Virus record (IMG/VR): IMGVR_UViG_3300021093_000107
Span: 1 to 52,409 of that record
Reading direction: 5' to 3' (one strand)
Length of the DNA stretch: 52,409 nt
Source: a virus
Lineage: Duplodnaviria > Caudoviricetes
Shown: positions 46,949 to 52,409 of the stretch, piece by piece
Layout: each line of letters opens with the position of its first letter
Position numbering within the stretch: the first letter of the stretch is position 1
Translations under genes and position numbers: made by a program
The notes under the pieces: generated by a model
Told to the model about the DNA's origin: nothing
The model's input: only the letters and a program-made list of their open reading frames with translations
Database searches by the model: none

Positions 46949-47284
46949 ATGGCACAAACAACATTCTCAGGCCCAGTCAAATCTGATAACGGTTTTGTTG
47001 GATCAACTGGACTTACTCTCGAAAACGTTTTAGGCGCTTCAGCCGCTCTTAATTTTGCTTCTATTGCAGCAGCAGCTCAAGAAGACTTAACTATTACCGT
47101 AACTGGCGCCGCAGCTAACGACGCTGTTATATTAGGCTTACCCGTTGCACCCACAGCAGGAATTGTATTTAATGCGTTTGTTTCAGCAGCTGACACAGTC
47201 ACTGTTCGCGCTACTAATATTACAGGATCTTCAGTAGACCCAGCATCAGCAACCTATAAAGTAGTTGTAATTAAAGCAAGTTAA
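46949..47284 (+). CDS. Virion protein (head fibre/decoration-like)
   Basis: MAQTTFSGPV.S..GF N-terminus; Ala/Thr/Val-rich beta domain. Confidence 0.65.
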   Translation: MAQTTFSGPVKSDNGFVGSTGLTLENVLGASAALNFASIAAAAQEDLTITVTGAAANDAVILGLPVAPTAGIVFNAFVSAADTVTVRATNITGSSVDPASATYKVVVIKAS

Positions 47285-47315
47285 TTAACCCTTTCTTAAT
47301 CTAAGGAGATTAATT

Positions 47316-47600
47316 ATGATGCAAACTGATATATTATCCACACATTTAAATGCTGATGGAGTAGTAGCTGCGTACCCTGTACGCGTCAAAGGATATCAAA
47401 TTAAACCTGGCGGTACTGCAGGACAAATTGATTTTTATGATAATGCTTCCGCTGCTTCTGGCACTATTAGATTATCACTAGACATTACAACTAACACTGC
47501 AGTTATTTCTACAATTCTTCCAGGTGAAGGTATTCGTTTTAACAATGGTGTTTATGTTGATTTACCTACCGCTGCTGGTATAACAGTATTCTATGGCTAG
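47316..47600 (+). CDS. Small virion protein
   Basis: MQTD...PGEGIRF..GVY.......TVFYG. Confidence 0.65.
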   Translation: MMQTDILSTHLNADGVVAAYPVRVKGYQIKPGGTAGQIDFYDNASAASGTIRLSLDITTNTAVISTILPGEGIRFNNGVYVDLPTAAGITVFYG

Positions 47601-47853
47601 TAAGAAAAAAGGTGTATCCTTAGCAGTCGGACGTGGTGAGAAGCTCCCTGTGTCTAAAGGCGCAGGTCTCACTGCTAAAGGTCGTGCTAAATATAATGCA
47701 GCTACTGGGTCAAACCTCAAAGCTCCTCAACCACAAGGCGGCGCTCGTAAAAGATCGTTTTGTGCTAGGATGTCTGGTATGCCCGGTCCTATGAAAGATG
47801 AAAAAGGTAGACCTACTCGTAAGGCTGCTTCTTTAAAAAGGTGGAAATGCTAA
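47593..47853 (+). CDS. Small basic protein (DUF6321-like)
   Basis: GL.AKGRA.YN...GSNLKAP...R..SFCARM.G......L..W.C. Confidence 0.65.
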   Translation: MASKKKGVSLAVGRGEKLPVSKGAGLTAKGRAKYNAATGSNLKAPQPQGGARKRSFCARMSGMPGPMKDEKGRPTRKAASLKRWKC

Positions 47854-48041
47854 TGATAAAATATTTTTCAAATTTAGATGAACATACTAAACATTTAATA
47901 GATGGGGCTTCGGTGGCAACGGTTATGGGAACATTAATGAGCTGGTTACCAGCAATCGCAGCACTATTCACTATTGTATGGACAGCTATTCGTATTTACG
48001 AAACTAAAACTGTACAAGGATGGTTAAAAAAAGGTAAGTAG
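47853..48041 (+). CDS. Small membrane protein (holin-like)
   Basis: TAATG coupling; WLPAIAALFTIVWTAIRIYET TM segment. Confidence 0.6.
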   Translation: MIKYFSNLDEHTKHLIDGASVATVMGTLMSWLPAIAALFTIVWTAIRIYETKTVQGWLKKGK

Positions 48042-48042
48042 T

Positions 48043-48279
48043 ATGAAAGCTTTCATAGAAAAAATATTTAAATTTAAGAAGCAAAAACAAAAGGAAATAT
48101 TAGATGAAATTATTCATACAGAAGTTATACAAAAAAACAAAGAAATACTTAGCAAACAAATTGAAACAAGTATTAAACAACACGTAGAAAAAGTAAAAGA
48201 AAATTTTAAAAAACCTGGACATTATTTTCCCGACTGTAATTGTTTTAAATGTGTAAGATGGAGAAATCAAAATGCCTAG
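48043..48279 (+). CDS. Hypothetical protein with C-terminal H..C.C..C
   Basis: ORF packed between neighbours. Confidence 0.5.
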   Translation: MKAFIEKIFKFKKQKQKEILDEIIHTEVIQKNKEILSKQIETSIKQHVEKVKENFKKPGHYFPDCNCFKCVRWRNQNA

Positions 48280-48703
48280 TAAATCAAAGAAACAACATAA
48301 CTTAATGGCAGCGGTAGCTAATAATCCTAAGTTTGCTAGAAAAACTGGGATACCACAATCAGTAGGAGAAGAATTTATGAAAGCGGATAAAGGCAAGAAG
48401 TTTGCAGGGGGTGGTTTGTATGCCAATATTGCTGCAAAAAAACGACGTATCGCTGCGGGGTCTGGTGAAAAGATGCGTAGTGTAGGATCTAAAGGAGCTC
48501 CTAAAAAAAGTGATTTTGCTAATGCTGCAAAAACAGCGTCCTATAAAAATGGGGGTAAAACGGATCTTAAACAAGATAAAACTATGGTTAAAAAAGCTGT
48601 AGGCATGCATGAGAAACAACTTCATGGTGGTAAAAAATCAAACTTAGCTGCTCTTAAAAAAGGTGGTATGACTAAAAGTAAAACAAAAGGAAGGATTTGC
48701 TAA
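48272..48703 (+). CDS. Lys-rich modular protein (GG-motif cluster)
   Basis: FAGGG, YKNGG and LKKGG separate distinct modules. Confidence 0.7.
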   Translation: MPSKSKKQHNLMAAVANNPKFARKTGIPQSVGEEFMKADKGKKFAGGGLYANIAAKKRRIAAGSGEKMRSVGSKGAPKKSDFANAAKTASYKNGGKTDLKQDKTMVKKAVGMHEKQLHGGKKSNLAALKKGGMTKSKTKGRIC

Positions 48704-48705
48704 TC

Positions 48706-49116
48706 ATGGATAAAGACGCTGAAAAAAGATATAGAGAATTATCACCTAAAGAAAAGTATGATTCAGCAATAAGAGCTAGAGAAGAACCTTACGATCCTTT
48801 ACAGACAGTTAAAGATTTAATTAAAGAAAAAGAAGATAAACCTGCATCACCTAAACCTGAACCTAAAAAAGAATTAAAAAAAGCATATAAAAAAGGTGGC
48901 CAAGTTGTTAAAACATTAAAAAATGCTGGGTTTTATAACAAAGGTAAAACTAAGTCGGAACGAGAAAAGATTGTTAGTAAAGTAACAACAAAACCCCAAC
49001 GGATAGGAATGGTTGAAAAAATGTTTTCAGCTAAAAAAATGGCTAAAGGTGGATTAGCATCTAAACGTGCAGATGGCTGTGCTATTAAAGGTAAAACAAG
49101 AGGCAAAATTGTTTAA
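48706..49116 (+). CDS. Lys-rich modular protein (GG-motif cluster)
   Basis: YKKGG, MAKGG; C-terminal KRADGCAIKGKTRGKIV. Confidence 0.7.
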   Translation: MDKDAEKRYRELSPKEKYDSAIRAREEPYDPLQTVKDLIKEKEDKPASPKPEPKKELKKAYKKGGQVVKTLKNAGFYNKGKTKSEREKIVSKVTTKPQRIGMVEKMFSAKKMAKGGLASKRADGCAIKGKTRGKIV

Positions 49117-49781
49117 TGTATTTAACAAGTAATATTCCTTATTTTAAATGTTGGATTAGAAAAGAATTTACAAATGGGCATCAAAATTATCATGGAGAAT
49201 ACGTACACGCATTGGCAGTTGCGGTTACAACTATTCCTGATCGATGTCTTAGTTTTCAAGTAATATTTACTGGTTGTGAAGCAGATGACGGCAGTCAACC
49301 AAATGTACATGGTGGAGCAATGTGGGCTAGAATGCCTATTACTGCGTTGGTCGGGGATATACCACTTGAAGAGTGGCCTGACAGAATGCAAACACATTTA
49401 GCGCAACCTTGGGATTGTAGTTCGTACAATCATAGTATTATTAGAATTGACCGAGCACAACCATCTCCATGGTTATGTAAGATTAATAATGAGTTTTACA
49501 CCGGAAGGTATTTGTTTACGGTTGATTATGCTGAAAGCGAAGTTTCAGAAGATCCAGCACAGCATAAACAAAGTCATATACTTATACTAACTGATGCGGG
49601 TAAATGGACAGGCAACATAGTGGCATTACCAAATAATCGAGTGCGAGTTACCAGTCCGGCATATTGGGTTACTGGACAAGGAGCACCTGATTTTAAACCA
49701 AGCCAATGGATTCATTGTGCGGAGCAAGACGATTCGTATATGGACCCAGAGGTTACTTTTAATAATTTATACAAGGAGTAG
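49116..49781 (+). CDS. Globular enzyme-like protein of unknown function
   Basis: 221 aa, rich in W/H/C/D (QPWDCSS, QHKQSH, LPNNRV); unlike its basic neighbours. Confidence 0.75.
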   Translation: MYLTSNIPYFKCWIRKEFTNGHQNYHGEYVHALAVAVTTIPDRCLSFQVIFTGCEADDGSQPNVHGGAMWARMPITALVGDIPLEEWPDRMQTHLAQPWDCSSYNHSIIRIDRAQPSPWLCKINNEFYTGRYLFTVDYAESEVSEDPAQHKQSHILILTDAGKWTGNIVALPNNRVRVTSPAYWVTGQGAPDFKPSQWIHCAEQDDSYMDPEVTFNNLYKE

Positions 49782-49846
49782 TAACATGATGAAAAAAGGA
49801 TATGCAGCAGGTGGTAACATGATGAAAAAAGGTTATGCAGCAGGTG
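49781..49846. repeat. 33-bp tandem duplication
   Basis: GTAACATGATGAAAAAAGG(A/T)TATGCAGCAGGTG twice. Confidence 0.9.
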
Positions 49847-50058
49847 GGATGCCAATGGTTATGAAAGACGGTAAAGAAGTACCTGCTTTTGCGGCCGATG
49901 GTAAAGGTAAAATGAAACACGGCGGTAAAGTTAAAAAAGCTGCACCTAAAAAAATGATGGGTGGGGGCATGATGGCTAAAATGAAATCTGGTGGCGGTGT
50001 ATCTAAACGCGCAGATGGCGTTGCTAAAAAAGGTAAAACAAAAGGAAAGATGATTTAA
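49786..50058 (+). CDS. Lys/Gly/Met-rich protein (GG-motif cluster)
   Basis: AAGGAG RBS; YAAGG twice, MKHGG, MMGGG, MKSGG; C-terminal KRADGVAKKGKTKGKMI. Confidence 0.75.
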   Translation: MMKKGYAAGGNMMKKGYAAGGMPMVMKDGKEVPAFAADGKGKMKHGGKVKKAAPKKMMGGGMMAKMKSGGGVSKRADGVAKKGKTKGKMI

Positions 50059-50414
50059 TGAGAGCCTCCCGTGGTATGGGTGCTATAAACCCTGCTAAGA
50101 TGCCCAAAGGCACCGTTAAAAAACGTCGTGATAACACAGACTTTACCGAATATAAAGAAGGTGGCATTATAAAAAAGAAAAAGGATGTTATGTTAGATAA
50201 ATTACAACGCGCTCCTATTTCTAAAACGCTTGGTAAAAAAGAAGGCGGTAAGGTGAATGCAGCAGGTAACTATACAAAGCCTGGACTACGCAAACGTATT
50301 TTTAACAGTGTAAAAGCTGCAGCAACACACGGTACAGCCGCGGGTCAATGGTCTGCAAGAAAAGCACAACTTGTTGCTAAAAAATATAAAGCTGCAGGTG
50401 GCGGATACAAGTGA
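50058..50414 (+). CDS. Basic protein carrying the N-terminal half of a DUF5872-like domain
   Basis: NYTKP.LR.RI......G...GQWSARKAQ..A..YK..GGGY. Confidence 0.7.
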   Translation: MRASRGMGAINPAKMPKGTVKKRRDNTDFTEYKEGGIIKKKKDVMLDKLQRAPISKTLGKKEGGKVNAAGNYTKPGLRKRIFNSVKAAATHGTAAGQWSARKAQLVAKKYKAAGGGYK

Positions 50415-50758
50415 GTTGGTCAGATAAGTATAAGAAGTCTATTGACTGTAAGAATCCTAAAGGGTTTTCTCAAAAGGCTCATTGTGCTGGACGTAAAAAG
50501 AAAATGGCAAGTGGTGGCTTAGCTAAGTCTCAACAATCCCTAAAATCATGGGGTGAACAAAAGTGGAGAACTAAGTCTGGTAAAAAGTCTAGCGAAACAG
50601 GAGAGCGATACTTACCAGAAAATGCTATTAAAGCATTAAGCCCACAAGAGTATGCGGCTACCACAAAAGCTAAAAGAGCAGGTAAAGCTAAAGGGCAACA
50701 GTTTGTAGCTCAACCTAAATCTATTAAACAAAAAGTAAAACCTTTTAGAAAAATTTAA
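50411..50758 (+). CDS. Basic protein carrying the C-terminal half of a DUF5872-like domain
   Basis: Q.SL..W..Q.W.TK.G......RYLP..A...L...E...T..AKR, after an N-terminal SIDC.NPKGFSQKAHC module. Confidence 0.7.
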   Translation: MSWSDKYKKSIDCKNPKGFSQKAHCAGRKKKMASGGLAKSQQSLKSWGEQKWRTKSGKKSSETGERYLPENAIKALSPQEYAATTKAKRAGKAKGQQFVAQPKSIKQKVKPFRKI

Positions 50759-50760
50759 TT

Positions 50761-51690
50761 ATGGTAAATAGAACCTCAGGAACCACTAGTTTTAACTTAG
50801 ATTTAAATAACCTTGTTGAAGATGCGTTTGAGCGTTGTGGACAAGAGTTACGTACTGGGTATGATCTTCGCACTGCACGACGCTCACTAAATTTAATGAC
50901 AATTGAATGGGCTAATCGTGGTATTAACTTGTGGACTGTAGAACCAGGTCAAATTAGTTTAGAACAAGATCGTTTTATGTATCCATTGCCAGTAGACACA
51001 ATTGATTTGTTAGACATGGTAACACGCACCGGCACAGGACAAAATCAACAAGACATTAATATTAACCGTATATCTGAATCAACTTATATTACTATACCTA
51101 ATAAAAATGCTACAGGTCGTCCTATCCAAGTGTGGATTAATAGACAAAGTGGTCAAGAGAATTCTACTACGATAACCACTGCTGAAGCGTTAGATGCTAC
51201 AGAAACAACCATTACTTTATCTTCTACTGTAGGTTTAGCACAATTTGGTTTTATTAAAGTAGATAATGAAACTATTCAGTATGGTGATATAAGTGGTAAT
51301 GATTTAATAAATTGTGTACGAGGCGTTAACTATACAACTGCAGCTACACATACTACGGCTACTAGCGTTTATGTACAAAACTTACCCACAGTAAACGTGT
51401 GGCCAGCCCCTGATCAAAGTAATTTTTATACTTTTGTATATTACAGACTAAGACGTATTCAAGATGGTGGTAACGGTGTAGCTGTGCAAGATATTCCGTT
51501 TAGATTTATTCCTTGCATGGTTGCAGGATTAGCTGCGTATTTAAGTATGAAGTTACCTAATGTTACACCTGATAGAATTCAAATGTTACGAGCAGATTAT
51601 GAAACAGCGTTTCAATTAGCAGCTGACGAAGATCGTGAAAAAGCACCTTTAAGATTAGTGCCTAGAGATATGTTCTATTATAGGAACTAA
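50761..51690 (+). CDS. Putative head-tail adaptor/tail tubular protein
   Basis: AFERCG...GYDLRTARRSLN....WANRG.NLWT; P.RF.PC.VAGLA.Y; Thr-rich insert. Confidence 0.6.
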   Translation: MVNRTSGTTSFNLDLNNLVEDAFERCGQELRTGYDLRTARRSLNLMTIEWANRGINLWTVEPGQISLEQDRFMYPLPVDTIDLLDMVTRTGTGQNQQDININRISESTYITIPNKNATGRPIQVWINRQSGQENSTTITTAEALDATETTITLSSTVGLAQFGFIKVDNETIQYGDISGNDLINCVRGVNYTTAATHTTATSVYVQNLPTVNVWPAPDQSNFYTFVYYRLRRIQDGGNGVAVQDIPFRFIPCMVAGLAAYLSMKLPNVTPDRIQMLRADYETAFQLAADEDREKAPLRLVPRDMFYYRN

Positions 51691-51692
51691 AA

Positions 51693-52124
51693 ATGCCTAG
51701 TAAATATTCAAGTGGTAAAAATGCGATTGCCCAGTGCGATCGATGTAATTTTAGGTATAAGCTATCTCAGTTAAAACGATTGGTTATTAAGACCAAAAAT
51801 GTTAATATACTGGTGTGCCCAAATTGTTGGGATCCAGATCAGCCTCAGTTGCAACTTGGGATGTATCCTGTGTCAGATCCACAAGCTGTACGAGACCCAA
51901 GATCTGATAGCCCTAGTTATTTACAGTCAGGTTTGAATGGTTTACAACTTACAAAACAAACAGGCACATCTACAAACGATACAGGCGTACCCTTAGGAGG
52001 TAGTCGAGTGTTTCAGTGGGGGTATAATCCTGTAGGCGGAGCTTCATCATTTGATGCAACATTAACACCGAATGATTTAGTAGGAAAAAGTGAACTAGGT
52101 TCAGTAACAGTAACAATAACATAG
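51693..52124 (+). CDS. Virion-module protein with zinc-ribbon motif
   Basis: CDRC...VCPNCWD.D.PQ. Confidence 0.65.
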   Translation: MPSKYSSGKNAIAQCDRCNFRYKLSQLKRLVIKTKNVNILVCPNCWDPDQPQLQLGMYPVSDPQAVRDPRSDSPSYLQSGLNGLQLTKQTGTSTNDTGVPLGGSRVFQWGYNPVGGASSFDATLTPNDLVGKSELGSVTVTIT

Positions 52125-52134
52125 GAGAAATAAA

Positions 52135-52329
52135 ATGGCTTATAAATCAGGTGCTGACGGCGTTGCTAAAAAAGGTAAAACCGAAGGCCATAATTTAGGT
52201 GATACAGGATCAAGCGTAGAAATTAAAAAAGGTCCTATACATGCAGGTTCAAAAGGTGGCAAAACCAATGTTGATATGAAAAGTATGGGCAGAGGTTTAG
52301 CTAAAATTGCAGCACAGAAAAAAGGATAA
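52135..52329 (+). CDS. Small basic protein
   Basis: AGGAG RBS; ADGVAKKGKT.G motif shared with the cluster proteins. Confidence 0.65.
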   Translation: MAYKSGADGVAKKGKTEGHNLGDTGSSVEIKKGPIHAGSKGGKTNVDMKSMGRGLAKIAAQKKG

Positions 52330-52334
52330 TTATC

Positions 52335-52409
52335 ATGGCAGAATATAAACAACCTATCACTGTACCTAATGGTGAGATCTATATTAAAGAAGATCCTAAT
52401 AAACTAACA
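52335..52409 (+). CDS. Hypothetical protein (3' partial)
   Basis: AAGGA RBS; frame is open to the window end. Confidence 0.5.
   Translation, partial: MAEYKQPITVPNGEIYIKEDPNKLT

Larger units (their letters stand above)
1..52409. mobile_element. Tailed dsDNA bacteriophage genome (near complete, circularly permuted); probable host Methylophilaceae
   Basis: Terminase, portal, capsid, lysis and replication genes in two opposed blocks; no host housekeeping genes or integrase; host inferred from the PqqA sequence. Confidence 0.95.

Noticed and set aside
1372-52352. Antisense and short alternative-frame ORFs in the track (e.g. 4964-5377, 14676-14981, 29395-29850, 33666-34061, 42883-43239)
   Set aside because: They overlap well-supported genes, lack RBS sites or motifs and look like shadow ORFs; only 30614-31090 was kept

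Overview
The window is most of the genome of a tailed dsDNA phage (AT-rich, podovirus-like virion module) and is circularly permuted: the late module runs off the right end and resumes at position 1. The + strand carries terminase, portal, GroES, scaffold, a Mu gpT-like major capsid protein and a cluster of small basic proteins (37.5-52.4 kb), then tail fibre, lysis genes and putative ejection proteins including a 1823-aa polyvalent protein (1-14.5 kb). The - strand carries early and replication genes (35.4 down to 14.5 kb): ArdC, gp88-like, C5 methyltransferase, VRR-NUC, SleB, TraR-like, PolA, Cas4-like, SNF2 helicase, SSB-like and primase/DUF927. A repeat-rich non-coding region at 35.4-36.6 kb separates the two arms. 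No integrase, tRNA or CRISPR array was seen. Highlights not in the ORF track: (1) a 23-aa pqqA gene with its own promoter and terminator, next to an endonuclease VII-type nuclease behind the capsid gene, pointing to a Methylophilaceae host; (2) a recurring [YFMLAK]-[AKME]-x-G-G motif that separates modules in the basic protein cluster and recurs in ejection proteins, with one enzyme-like gene inside the cluster (hypothesised core-protein processing or targeting system); (3) a secreted-protein moron bounded by 24-bp direct repeats; (4) an EcoHK31I-beta-like ORF nested out of frame in the methyltransferase; (5) strong CAG/CTG depletion in the earliest genes. All family assignments come from motif recognition by eye; no searches were run.
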